This document shows, one piece after another, positions 10,169-20,210 of a DNA stretch of 64,000 nucleotides. Both the position numbers and the translations under genes were made by a program. The notes under the pieces were generated by a model. The model was given only the letters and a program-made list of their open reading frames with translations. It did not search any database and was not told the DNA's origin. Source of the stretch: an uncultured delta proteobacterium. GTDB taxonomy: Bacteria; Desulfobacterota; Syntrophorhabdia; Syntrophorhabdales; WCHB1-27. Numbering within the stretch: position 1 is the stretch's first letter; each line of letters begins with the position of its first letter. Location: assembly GCA_963810935.1 (NCBI GenBank), contig CAWEPK010000007.1:288001-352000 (forward strand), read 5' to 3'.

Positions 10169-11231
10169 ATGGCAAGAAGGTCTTTGATTTTTGTGTTTGT
10201 CGTTTCTCTTGTTTTCCTTACCGGTTCTCTCGCGAGGGGTGAGGTCATAAAGCTCAAGTTCTCGAACTTCTTCCCGGCCACGCACAAGAGCGGCACCGTG
10301 TTCGAGGCCTTCTGCAAGGACATAAGTAAAAAGACGAACGGCAGGGTGGAGATGGCCTATTTTGTTGGAGGCTCGCTCCTGACCCCCACGAAGACGGCCG
10401 CCGGAGTGAGCACCGGCATCGCGGACATCGGCCTGTCGCACTGTTCCTATACCCGCGGGCGCTTTCCCGTCATGGAAGCTATGGAATTGCCCCTGGGGTT
10501 CCCGAGCAGTTGGGTCGCGAGTCACGTTGCCAACGATTATTACAACAAAGTGAAGCCGAAGGAATGGGACGACTATTATCCCCTGATCTTCAGCACCGGT
10601 CCCTTCCAACGTGCTTTACACCCTTAATAAGCCTGTGAGGACACTCGAAGACGTTAAGGGAATGAAGATCAGGGCCACGGGAAGGATAGCGGATATCGTG
10701 AAGGCCCTCGGCGCGAGCCCCATTCCAATGGATATAGGCGACGTGTATGAGGCGTTCAGGCGGGGTGTCCTCGACGGGGCTATCGGCGGTTTGGACCAGA
10801 TGACGGGGTTCAAATTCGGCGAATTGCTGAAGTACACCACCGAGTCGTGGAAAGTAGGTAGCGTCTATACGTTTTATGTCGTGATGAATAAGCAGAAATG
10901 GCAAAAGCTTCCGCCCGATATCAAGAAAATCTTCATGGAGACGGCCGATGAGTATAAAGAGAAATGGGCACTCGCATGGAACGAGGCGGACATAGAAGGC
11001 AGGGACTTCCAGAAAAGCAAGGGGGGACAATTCATACCGATGAGCGACCAGGAAGCGGCCAGGTGGCAAAAAGTCACCCAGCCTGTCATTTCCGCGTATA
11101 AACGCAGTCTTATGTCCAAGGGCTATAAGGAAAATGAGATTGACGGCTGGATAAGCTTCATCAAGGAGCGGATCGAATACTGGAAGGGGCAGGAGAAGCT
11201 CAGGAACATACCGACTGCCTACAAGTATTAA
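10169..11231 (+). CDS. dctP: TRAP substrate-binding protein, split by a 1-nt frameshift near 10603
   Basis: Signal peptide plus 'KLKFSNFFP'; continues in another frame as 'KPVRTLEDVKGMKIRA...LGASP'; removing one C from 'cccttcc' gives GPSNVLY. Confidence 0.85.
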
Positions 11232-11535
11232 TCCGCAGGTGAGGCAAAAGAGAAAGAGGCGTGAAGGGAACGGCGGGGGCTTAAGCGTACCTGAGCCCCT
11301 GTCGCCCCACTGAAGCGCGACGTTGAAGACTCAATGGCGCCGGCGGCTCAGGGTGCTTGGATGTAACGAATAGTGGCGGGCATACGGGTTTGCCCCGTCA
11401 TCGCAAGGAATAAAAGGAATAAATTGACAGACGCCGGGCATATGCAAGATAATGGGGCAGACCTTACGTCAGGACCAGGGTAAAAAGGGCGAAACGCCCT
11501 TTATATCCCCGCACTTTGTCGGGCAGGAGGGGCCG

Positions 11536-12498
11536 ATGATCATCGATTTCCACATCCATTACGCACCGGAGAAACTGGTTAAAAGCAAGCTGGGGGACGC
11601 GCCGTTCAAGCTCATGTACAGCAACGGTATACCGTCTTATTCCTATCACCCGCGCCTCTATCAACTGGAAAAACACGTCGAGGCCATGGAGACGGCCGGG
11701 GTGGACCGGGCATACATTTCGAGCGCGCCCGGCATAGAGGGCGGCAACCTGGAGATAGCCAGGATGATCAACGACGATCTGGCAGCCTGGGAGAAACGCT
11801 ACCCCGGTAAGATCAAGGGCCTGGCCCATGTCCCGCCGCTTGGCGGTCCTGCGGCCTTCGACGAGCTGAAAAGGGCGGTAGGCGACCTTGGCTATGCGGG
11901 GGCGGCGATGGCCTCGATAGTGGAAGGCCGGGAACTCGATTCGGAGGAGCTTTTCCCCTTCTATGAACTGGTCGAGAAGCTGGGTGTTTTCCTGTTCATC
12001 CATCCGTGCCTGGCGGTGCCGGCGGTCGGCAGCTTCGAAGACTTCGACCTCGCGCGCGCAGTCGGCCGGGAGTTCAATCTCGTCATGGGGACCATACGGC
12101 TGATTAACGGCGGAGTGCTCGACCGCTTCCCCGGCCTGAAGGTGGTCATGTCCCACCTGGGAGGAGGCATAGCAGCGCTCCTCGGGCGCGTGAGGAACTA
12201 CCAGAACAGAGAATTTTGGGGCACGGCGGGCGACCCGAGGCACGGAAAGAATGCCCCCAAGCCGTTCGATTATTACCTGGAGAAGATATACTTCGATACG
12301 GGCGGTTTCTTCGGCCACATGAACGCGGTCAACGCAGCCCTGCTGGAGCTGAAGCCGTCCCAGCTCGTTTTCGGTACGGACTATCCCCAGGAAATCAGGT
12401 CGGCCGAGCTGATGAAGCGCTTCGTGGACGATCTGAAGGGGATGGGAGGCGTGGGGGAAGCCATCTTAAGCGGCACGGCCAAGTCGCTGGTCGGGTAG
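11536..12498 (+). CDS. Amidohydrolase_2 family protein (ACMSD-like; possible non-oxidative decarboxylase or hydratase)
   Basis: 'IIDFHIH', 'FIHP', 'SHLGGG', 'FGTDYP'; RBS AGGAGG. Confidence 0.85.
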   Translation: MIIDFHIHYAPEKLVKSKLGDAPFKLMYSNGIPSYSYHPRLYQLEKHVEAMETAGVDRAYISSAPGIEGGNLEIARMINDDLAAWEKRYPGKIKGLAHVPPLGGPAAFDELKRAVGDLGYAGAAMASIVEGRELDSEELFPFYELVEKLGVFLFIHPCLAVPAVGSFEDFDLARAVGREFNLVMGTIRLINGGVLDRFPGLKVVMSHLGGGIAALLGRVRNYQNREFWGTAGDPRHGKNAPKPFDYYLEKIYFDTGGFFGHMNAVNAALLELKPSQLVFGTDYPQEIRSAELMKRFVDDLKGMGGVGEAILSGTAKSLVG

Positions 12499-12523
12499 AT
12501 AGGGAAGAGAGAAGATCGCATAC

Positions 12524-12560
12524 AAAAGGGCAGGGACAGCAGACGGTCCCTGCCCTTTTT
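12524..12560. terminator. Bidirectional intrinsic terminator
   Basis: AAAAGGGCAGGGAC...GTCCCTGCCCTTTTT between convergent genes. Confidence 0.85.
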
Positions 12561-12563
12561 CTA

Positions 12564-14138
12564 TTATTTGAAGATCCCCTTAAGGCTCTTCCCGATGCCC
12601 TTCATGACGCTGCCCCCCTGCTTGACTACGCTCTCGCCCGTCCCTACGACGTTAAGACCGAGCTTCCGGCCGATCGCAACCGCGAACTTCCGCACAAGGT
12701 CCTCGCTCAGGTCGAACTTCGGATCGTCAAGGCGTCCTTCGACGACGAAATCGAGGGGTATTTCATTCTTGGACGACTCCAGGAGCTTGACGATGAGCGA
12801 TCTGGGTATTCCCAGAAACCGCTGCGTGGCGCCGCCCGGGGCGAATTGGAGGTTTTTTATGACCGTGTGGGTCGGCGCATGGATGTACTTATTCTTAATC
12901 GTGAGGTCCATGTCCATATCGAAGGTCCCGCCCCGCAGGTCCGCCTCGCTTTTCTGCTGCAAATAGGGTTTAACCACCATCATATCGAGGTTGCGAAGCG
13001 TCAGCTTGCCGCTCGTGTCGAAGCTGCGGATGTTTGTCCTGCCTGCGCCGCTGAGCTGTCCGGTTGACGCCTTTCCCGGTATATGGGCCGACAACTGCCA
13101 GGCGGTCCACTTGTCCGTTGCAGGGAGAGAGAACGCGTCCGTTTTCAGGGAAATGTCCGTGATCCTGATAGGGTAAGGCGGGCGGGAAATCTTGCCGTCG
13201 AGATAGAGGACCTCGCCGCCCGTCACGGCGAGGTCGTTTACCGTTATGGAAATCGGCATCTTTTCCGTCTTCTGCCCCTTCGCAGGCTTGGGGAGAGGAC
13301 TCACAATGTTGCCGGCCTTGTCTTCTTCAATCCGGATGAATGGTTGGGCGAGTGTCACGCCGGAAAGAACAATGCTTTGTGCGCCCTGGCCCCGGCCTTT
13401 TGAAGAAGCGACAAAATGGAGTGCTGCGGTCTTGACCGCCGGCCCCCGGCTGTCCGCGAATGCCTCAAGGTTTGCCACGTCCACCGTAAGCTGCCCCGCA
13501 AGGCTTTCGGGGTTGATGTTCCCACTGCACGTCACGGTCCCGGAGGCCGTCTTGCTTTTCACATTCATTTTGAGCGAAATCTTTGAGGACGAATCGGTAA
13601 GGGGGAAGGAGAGATTGTCGAGCGTGGCCTCGACTCCGGTCAGCTCGATCGGTCCCGTACTTTTGAGCTGTTCGTCGTCGATCGTGACTGTGCCGTTGGA
13701 AACGGCCACGTGGTGCAGGTCGATGGGGCGCGACGTAGGCGGCGCCCCTTTCTTTTCAGCCTCATTCGGACCACCGCCCATAGGGTTGACTACATTTCCG
13801 GCGGCATCGATTCGAAGGACGATGACCGGCTGGTCGATAGTGAGGTCGGAGATTGCGTAGCGGCTGCCGATAAGGGTAAGGAAGCTGGCCCTTACCTGTA
13901 CCCTTCTGGAGCGGAAGTAGCTTTGCCCGTCTTTCAAAAGGTCGACGCCGTAGACGTCGACCTTGTTCCAGCCGAGGGAGATACTCTCTATTTTGCCCCT
14001 CTCCCCGAGGGTTTTCTCGATCTCGGCCTTGATGAGCCTGTTCGAGAAATAGAGAAGCAAAGCAAAAACCGCGACAAGAAGGACCAGGACAACTGCAAAG
14101 ACGATAACGATCTTTTTCTTAAGGAAGCCTGCTCTCAT
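12564..14138 (-). CDS. AsmA-like/DUF748 protein
   Basis: N-terminal TM anchor, repeated beta-rich units, C-terminal 'LDFVVEGRLDDPKFDL'. Confidence 0.75.
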   Translation of the reverse strand: MRAGFLKKKIVIVFAVVLVLLVAVFALLLYFSNRLIKAEIEKTLGERGKIESISLGWNKVDVYGVDLLKDGQSYFRSRRVQVRASFLTLIGSRYAISDLTIDQPVIVLRIDAAGNVVNPMGGGPNEAEKKGAPPTSRPIDLHHVAVSNGTVTIDDEQLKSTGPIELTGVEATLDNLSFPLTDSSSKISLKMNVKSKTASGTVTCSGNINPESLAGQLTVDVANLEAFADSRGPAVKTAALHFVASSKGRGQGAQSIVLSGVTLAQPFIRIEEDKAGNIVSPLPKPAKGQKTEKMPISITVNDLAVTGGEVLYLDGKISRPPYPIRITDISLKTDAFSLPATDKWTAWQLSAHIPGKASTGQLSGAGRTNIRSFDTSGKLTLRNLDMMVVKPYLQQKSEADLRGGTFDMDMDLTIKNKYIHAPTHTVIKNLQFAPGGATQRFLGIPRSLIVKLLESSKNEIPLDFVVEGRLDDPKFDLSEDLVRKFAVAIGRKLGLNVVGTGESVVKQGGSVMKGIGKSLKGIFK

Positions 14139-15237
14139 GTGGCCTCACGATCCCCTCGGCAGGGGGTGAAGTGCCGACGTCCGATGGGCCGCCCGTTACG
14201 TATAGTCCCTCTCCCCCGGACTCTTTGAGAATGGCAATGAGCGAGATGTAGAGCGCCATGATGAGAGGTCCGACAATAACGCCTATAAGGCCGAACGCCT
14301 CGATCCCTCCGAGCACGGAAAGGAAGGTGAGAAGGAAGGACATCCTTGCCCGGCCCCTTAAGAAGAGGGGACGCACCGCATGGTCTACCACGCCTATGCC
14401 AAAAATCCCGAAAGCAGCGAGAATGACGGCCTTTACTATATATCCGGTTGCGAGCAGGTAGAGACACATGGGCACCCACACGATATGGCACCCGATAAAC
14501 GGGATGAACGAAGCGATCGCGGTCGCCAGGCCCCACAAGACGGGGGAAGACATACCGACGGCAACATACCCTACAGCCCCCAATATCCCCTGCGCCAGGG
14601 CTACGGCCACGCCGCCGTAAATGGTCGAAACGACCACGTCCTTTGCCTGCTGCGAAAGGCGCTCTTTGTTCCGCTTCGAAAAAGGCAGGTAATCGAGGAT
14701 TGTCGCCACGTACGTCCTTCCGTCCTTGAAAAGAAAGAAGAGAATGAAGGCCATGATGAAGAAGGTCGCTAAGGCATGGGCCACACTTCCCAGCCCCCTG
14801 GGGACACGGCGGAGCAGCTCTTTCGAAAGATTCGAAAGGGCGCCTGCCACGTAGGCGAGCGCCTGTTGTTCATCGAGATGGAAGACGGGCAGGACCCGGT
14901 TCGCAAGGCCGTGAATGGGGGAATTCTGATATGCGGACCGTATCCCTTCCATGGTCAATCCGGCAGTTGCCAGGTCCTGTATTTCCCCGACCAGGAGATA
15001 GGACAGGTACGAAAGAGGCCCGAGAATCACTATCAAAACGACGGCGACCGTTGCCAGCGAGGCCGGGGCCTGGCGCCCGATGCGGCGGAGGATGAAATCG
15101 TATACCGGATAGAAAACGATTGCGAATACCGCTGCCCACGTGAGAGGGAGAAAGAACGGGGCGAGGACAAGGTAGGCGAGGTAGCTTAAGAATGCGACCA
15201 AAACGATAAGAATCCCGATGCCGAACCTGTGAGTCAT
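14119..15237 (-). CDS. AI-2E family transporter
   Basis: 'FIPFIG', 'DHAVRP', 'GGIEAFGLIGVIVGP'. Confidence 0.9.
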   Translation of the reverse strand: MTHRFGIGILIVLVAFLSYLAYLVLAPFFLPLTWAAVFAIVFYPVYDFILRRIGRQAPASLATVAVVLIVILGPLSYLSYLLVGEIQDLATAGLTMEGIRSAYQNSPIHGLANRVLPVFHLDEQQALAYVAGALSNLSKELLRRVPRGLGSVAHALATFFIMAFILFFLFKDGRTYVATILDYLPFSKRNKERLSQQAKDVVVSTIYGGVAVALAQGILGAVGYVAVGMSSPVLWGLATAIASFIPFIGCHIVWVPMCLYLLATGYIVKAVILAAFGIFGIGVVDHAVRPLFLRGRARMSFLLTFLSVLGGIEAFGLIGVIVGPLIMALYISLIAILKESGGEGLYVTGGPSDVGTSPPAEGIVRPHESRLP

Positions 15238-15433
15238 AAGGCAGCCATAGACCGATATCCGGCGTGACGATAAGGTATTTTAAAATAGGTTTCCCGCCGC
15301 CGTCTGTCAATGAAATGCCCGCCCGTCTCTATCGGCAGTTTTTTTTGTTTGAGAGCAAGGGGGCGGGGCGGGCGGCGGGGATCCAGACGCGGCTGAAGTA
15401 AAAAAGCTAAAAAGCAACTGCGGAGTAATGCGG

Positions 15434-15759
15434 GCGGCCGGACTCGCGCCTGCTGCGGACCACCCGCATGCACGGTGCCACCTTTTCAGCACGCGTTTTA
15501 CCGTGCGGGCACCCGGCAAACCTACATTGAACTGATAGGACGTAGGCGGCGAAATACTCGCCCTGCGCCCTCCGACGTTTACCACCCCCATGCATCGTGG
15601 CACCTTTTCAACAGGCTTGGAACGTGGGGGTACCCGGCAAACCTAGTTTCAACTGATATGGGTTGGCCTCCGGCCGCGACCGCCGCTGAGGGAGCAGCTG
15701 CGTTGCGTATTTGTTTGGCGGCGGTAAGAGCGGGTTGAACTATGGCGATAGTTGGGATA
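15434..15759 (+). repeat. ~330-bp element, inverted copy of 18244-18596; contains an internal degenerate duplication (about 15480-15540 vs 15601-15660)
   Basis: Exact shared blocks of 28 bp (15440-15467) and 19 bp (15717-15735). Confidence 0.8.
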
Positions 15760-15877
15760 CTGAGACGTAAATACGATGAGGCGATAGTTACGATACTATA
15801 CCGTTCCCCACAAATCATTCAAGGCTAAGCTAAGTCCCGCCGACCTATTTTCCTCCGTCATGCCTGCCTCTTTTTCT

Positions 15878-15907
15878 CCGTCATACCGGCGAAAGCCGGT
15901 ATCCAGC
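15878..15907. repeat. REP-like palindrome family CCGTCA..CCGGCGAAAGCCGG.ATCCA (related copies near 21598, 21653, 29792, 63127, 63177)
   Basis: Several intergenic hairpin copies, some as inverted pairs. Confidence 0.75.
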
Positions 15908-16194
15908 GATTCCGGGGCCTGGGACGACCTAGACCCTGGCTTCTGCCAGGGTGACGGAGAAAAGGAGAAGACGTATCTTCTGTCTCCCTCGCCCCTTTGG
16001 GGAGAGGGCGGGGTGAGGGGTGCCTTGGCGGGAGACAACGAATTTGTGATGAAGCCTCTGACTTGATGAAAGACCTGCCTATGTACCGTGACGGCACGGC
16101 AGAGAAGATCAGTGGGTGACCCCATGAGAACTCACGCGGTTCGCGCAGCACCTTGAGCACCTTGTGCCGGAAATTATTTGCCAATAGTTTTATA

Positions 16195-16223
16195 TTGACA
16201 TTTAAGACGACTGGTCATATTAT
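16195..16223 (+). promoter_or_regulatory. Sigma70 promoter TTGACA-17-TATTAT, overlapped by the TetR operator AAGACGACTGGTCATATT (second copy 16851-16868)
   Basis: Near-consensus promoter; 18-bp site repeated with 1 mismatch, core ATGAC-TG-GTCAT. Confidence 0.75.
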
Positions 16224-16231
16224 AGATTGAC

Positions 16232-16804
16232 ATGACAAGACCAAATGTGCGAGAACAACTTTTAGAAGCCGCCCTCGACCAACTCCATGGGGCTGGCTTC
16301 AATGGCAGTAGTGTTGAAGATATCACAAGATCAGCTGGCGTCCCAAAGGGCTCTTTTTATAATCATTTTAAAAGCAAGGAAGACCTCGCCATCGTAGTCA
16401 TTGACCGTTACGTCGCGTCTGGTCCGCAGGGGCGTCTTTTAAAAAAGAAAATTGCTCCTGTAAAAAGACTAAAGCAGTATTTTTCTTTGCTGGCTGAAGA
16501 GTTTGCAGAGTCTGGATACAAAAAAGGTTGCTTAATTGGTAATTTCTCAAGTGAACTTTCTGATCACAGCACACTCGTTCAATCGAAAGTAAAAAACGTT
16601 TTTTCTAATTGGATAGCTTTACTAAGTGGAGTGATTAAAGAAGCCCAAGATCAAGGAGATATTGAATCAAAGCAAAAAGCAGACGCACTTGCGGGCTTTT
16701 TAATCAGCGCATGGGAGGGAACGCTCCTTCGCGCGCGTGCAGAGCACGATCCAGCAATATTAAAGGAATTTGAACACATTGCGTTTCATCAATTATTGAA
16801 GTGA
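16232..16804 (+). CDS. TetR/AcrR (NemR-like) transcriptional regulator
   Basis: 'AGVPKGSFYNHFKSKEDL', 'GCLIGN', 'AWEGTLLRAR'. Confidence 0.9.
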   Translation: MTRPNVREQLLEAALDQLHGAGFNGSSVEDITRSAGVPKGSFYNHFKSKEDLAIVVIDRYVASGPQGRLLKKKIAPVKRLKQYFSLLAEEFAESGYKKGCLIGNFSSELSDHSTLVQSKVKNVFSNWIALLSGVIKEAQDQGDIESKQKADALAGFLISAWEGTLLRARAEHDPAILKEFEHIAFHQLLK

Positions 16805-16811
16805 TAGAATC

Positions 16812-16839
16812 AAAGAGCGAGAGAGTCTCGCTCTTTTTT
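16812..16839 (+). terminator. Intrinsic terminator
   Basis: AAAGAGCGAGA-GAG-TCTCGCTCTTTTTT. Confidence 0.8.
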
Positions 16840-16938
16840 GGCCAAGGATAAAGATGACTGGTCATATTGATAGGAATAGTAAATGAATAATGTCCGTTTA
16901 ATGATAGTGGCCGGAATAACAGGAAACCCTTCAATGCA

Positions 16939-17037
16939 CTTAAAAGTGGGCATTTTACATGGGAAGATAATGCAGACGATTATGCCCGTATTGTTAGCTA
17001 TTGGGTTAGCGGTGGTTGTCAAAACCCGCACAGGTGA
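16939..17037 (+). repeat. 99-bp near-identical copy of the hydrolase 3' end (17955-18053)
   Basis: Ungapped alignment with few mismatches, including the stop codon. Confidence 0.9.
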
Positions 17038-17093
17038 CTTTTTAGAGAGAGTTCAAAATTCTAACCATCCTCAGGGTGAAAGGATGGAAATGA

Positions 17094-18053
17094 ATGATAA
17101 TCAATAAAAATAAGAAGATATTGCTATCTATATCATTTCTCATCGGCATTATTGTTATAATTTTGTGGTGTATTAACTTACGTTCTGTTGAGCCTAAAAT
17201 GACGTACCAATCCCAAACACAAAACCCCATACAGCCACAGTTTCGTGATATTGATGGCATGCGTATCCGCTATGCGCGAGGTGGACAACCAACTGGCGAA
17301 CAAGTGGTACTCCTCAGTCCGTGGCCAGAAAGTATTTATGCCTTTTTACCTATATGGGGAGATTTAGCGAAGAAATTCTCTTTGCTTGCCATTGATCTGC
17401 CAGGCTTTGGTATGTCAGAGAGCAGCCCCGAGGTACTTGCCCCCGAACCAATGGGCGATTTTATCGTCAAAACTATTAAAGCCTTTGGCTTAGAGCGACC
17501 TCATGTGGTAGGACCTGATGTCGGCACCTCTGCATTACTTTTTGCAGCAGCTAATCATCCCAATGCGTTTTCGAGTATTGTTATTGGCAGTGGTGGCGTT
17601 GCCTATCCTCTCGATATCACTGGGGCATTAAATTTGATGGTTAAGTCTCCTGTTGCTGCGCCCTTCCGCCTATTAAGTCCGAAGTTGTTTGTGAATAGGG
17701 CGCTATCCGGTCTTAAAACATACAAAGTCCCTGACTTTGTCCGACAAGATTACTTCCAATCATACGCAGGAAATAGACTTGTCAAGTCTATCGCTTTTGT
17801 GCGTGCCTATCCAAAGGCTCTTCCAGTCCTTAAAGAAAAGCTCTCTACAATTAAAATCCCCGTTCAAATTATTTGGGGAGAGAGTGACCAGTTCGTGCCA
17901 CTCTCAAACGCTCATTATCTCGGCAAGAATCTCCCTAATGCACGCCTTGATCTACTCAAAAGCGGGCATTTTGCATGGGAAGATAATGCAGACGATTATG
18001 CCCGTATTGTTATCAATTGGGTTAGCGGTGGTTGTCAAAACCCCCACAGGTGA
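17094..18053 (+). CDS. Alpha/beta fold hydrolase with N-terminal TM/signal segment
   Basis: 'AIDLPGFG', nucleophile elbow 'GPDVG', 'WGESDQFV', 'GHFAWED'. Confidence 0.85.
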   Translation: MIINKNKKILLSISFLIGIIVIILWCINLRSVEPKMTYQSQTQNPIQPQFRDIDGMRIRYARGGQPTGEQVVLLSPWPESIYAFLPIWGDLAKKFSLLAIDLPGFGMSESSPEVLAPEPMGDFIVKTIKAFGLERPHVVGPDVGTSALLFAAANHPNAFSSIVIGSGGVAYPLDITGALNLMVKSPVAAPFRLLSPKLFVNRALSGLKTYKVPDFVRQDYFQSYAGNRLVKSIAFVRAYPKALPVLKEKLSTIKIPVQIIWGESDQFVPLSNAHYLGKNLPNARLDLLKSGHFAWEDNADDYARIVINWVSGGCQNPHR

Positions 18054-18243
18054 GAATTTCAGAACGTATCACAACATTGCAGGAATTGTAACCTAGCAAA
18101 ATCACCGGTCCTGCATCTCCTGGACGGATTATCCTCATGCGTCCTTTCTGGCGGTATTCCTTATGGTGTTCGAAGAAACGGAAATTAAGGAGTAGGTAGG
18201 TGTAAGCACGGTCATAAAGACCCTCTGAGAATTGATGTCCTGT

Positions 18244-18596
18244 TATCCCACCCATCAATACAGTACCACCCGCTCTTACCGCCGCCCAATAATGCGCAGC
18301 GTAGCTGCTCCGTTAGCGGCGGTCGGGGCCGGAGGAGCGCCGCTATTACTGGGGCTCGCGTCGCCCCCTCCACGAGCAAAGCTCGTGGAGCCACCCCCTC
18401 ATAAAAAGGAAGAGGCACTGCGGCACGGTTTGTGACGATTACACTGGTATGTCGTAGGGCGCAAGGAGCGCATTTCGCCGCATCCTTCATATCAGTTAGA
18501 AGTAGGTTTTGCCGGGTGGCCGCACGGTAGAACGTCTGCTGAAACGGCGCAAGCGTGCACGCGGGTGGTCCGCAGCAGGCGCGAGTCCAGCCGCAC
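18244..18596 (-). repeat. Inverted copy of the 15434-15759 element
   Basis: Exact blocks at 18561-18588 and 18268-18286. Confidence 0.8.
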
Positions 18597-18638
18597 AAAG
18601 CACTGGTTTTGCTTTTCTTGCTTTAATCCTTCGCGCGA

Positions 18639-20210
18639 TCAGGACCAGAGCGAATAATGCCCGAGCAGCAGCACTTCACAGGCGATGAGCGCGTTGGTGA
18701 GTGCGTGCGCTATCCATGCATCCACCACGCGGTCCCGCTTGTACATTGTCCATGCATAGCATGCGCTGGCAAATGCTCCGACTACCCAGCGGCCGTGCAT
18801 CGCGCCGAAAAGGGCCGATGAAAGGACGAACGCCGCCGGCGAGAAGCGCAGCCCGGCTGTGGTTTGCGTTGAGAGGCGCCGGAGGAGGTACCCGCGAAAT
18901 GCTAGCTCCTCTACCGCAGGTACTACGAGCACCGAGCCGGCTGCGCGGGAAAGAATCCAGGCAGCGGAAAGTCCCGGCGTCATGAGGGCCAGGCCGTGTG
19001 CTACGGTCGACGTCTGGTGATCCGCTGCCGGCTGGAAGGCGGTCCAGACGATATAGGCGAGGACGCCCGCTGCGAACGGGCGCCAGGAAATCCCGGAAAA
19101 CATCTCCCTAAGCGGTGCAGGCCGCCAGTAATAAAGCAGCGCCGCAGCCGCGGCGAGGCTCCGCAGGACATAGAACCGGTCGAACCCGTTCGTAAAAAGG
19201 CCCATGAAAAGGCCCGAGCCGAGAAGGACCATCAGCGGCACGAGGTACGCGGTCACTCTCCCTGCACGGCGGGTGCGGGTGCCGGCCACCCTGGAAAAGA
19301 CTTTCGATTTCTCGGCCAGGCCCACGGTCCCAAGCGATACTGCGATGAATGCGAGCCATCCGACCTGGGAGTGGAAACCCTCGGAGGCGAGCTTCGGCGA
19401 GACATAGGCGCCCAGCATGAGCAAAGCCGCGATCCTGCCGACGTTCACGAGCCAGATAGTCAGCGCGCCGATAGGGAAAAGCAACAGGGCCAGGGGGAAG
19501 CGCAGCCTGGACCGGAAGAACCAGAGATAGGCCCCGACGAAGAGCACCATAAGGCCGATGCCCTCGTAACCGGAGCACGGCCAATAGATGCCTGCGTTGA
19601 ACCCGTTCACGCCGAGGATCATCTCTTTCGGCCGGCTGAAGACGTCCTGGCCGAGCCACCTCAAAAGACCTGCGGCCAAAGCGAAGGTCGAGCTCCTTAA
19701 GGGCTCCCAGGCGCGCGTAGCTAGCGCACCGGAGATCAGGGAAAGGCCCGCGAGTATCGCGCATGGCGCAATAAACGGCGAGCACCGGGAAGCCAGCCGT
19801 CCCCAATGGCGCGCAGGCACGGCCGCCATGCCCCATAAAACGATAGCGCCGAGGCCCGATACGACCCAGCCCACGGCCGCAAGCGTCGGAGGCCACGAGA
19901 GGGCGCCGGCCCGGAAAACTAGTACGGTCAGTTGAGAGAAGAGTATGTAAATCGCCACCTGGATGGGCAGCATGATGAACAGCAGGGAGGAGGGTTCGCC
20001 GAAGGGAATGCGCTCCCGCGAATCGGCGGCGGGCGCCCAGCGCGACATGAGGAGGGCGAACAGGATAAAGACCATCGCGAGGGCAGGCAGGCCCCTTGTG
20101 TAAGACAAAAAACCGGACGTGGGTGCTTCCACCCGGATGGCTAAGAGGAATATCTCGAAACCGGCGATTGCGATAAGGGACGCCCGGACGTGTCCCTTTC
20201 GGGGGGTCAG
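18639..20210 (-). CDS. xrtE: Exosortase E / CAAX protease fusion (VPEID-CTERM system); start uncertain (frame open to a CTG at 20210; first GTG at 20132)
   Basis: Exosortase triad 'PCSG', 'NVGRI', 'FHSQ'; CAAX/Abi motifs 'EELAFRG', 'FGAMH', 'HALTN'. Confidence 0.85.
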   Translation of the reverse strand: MTPRKGHVRASLIAIAGFEIFLLAIRVEAPTSGFLSYTRGLPALAMVFILFALLMSRWAPAADSRERIPFGEPSSLLFIMLPIQVAIYILFSQLTVLVFRAGALSWPPTLAAVGWVVSGLGAIVLWGMAAVPARHWGRLASRCSPFIAPCAILAGLSLISGALATRAWEPLRSSTFALAAGLLRWLGQDVFSRPKEMILGVNGFNAGIYWPCSGYEGIGLMVLFVGAYLWFFRSRLRFPLALLLFPIGALTIWLVNVGRIAALLMLGAYVSPKLASEGFHSQVGWLAFIAVSLGTVGLAEKSKVFSRVAGTRTRRAGRVTAYLVPLMVLLGSGLFMGLFTNGFDRFYVLRSLAAAAALLYYWRPAPLREMFSGISWRPFAAGVLAYIVWTAFQPAADHQTSTVAHGLALMTPGLSAAWILSRAAGSVLVVPAVEELAFRGYLLRRLSTQTTAGLRFSPAAFVLSSALFGAMHGRWVVGAFASACYAWTMYKRDRVVDAWIAHALTNALIACEVLLLGHYSLWS

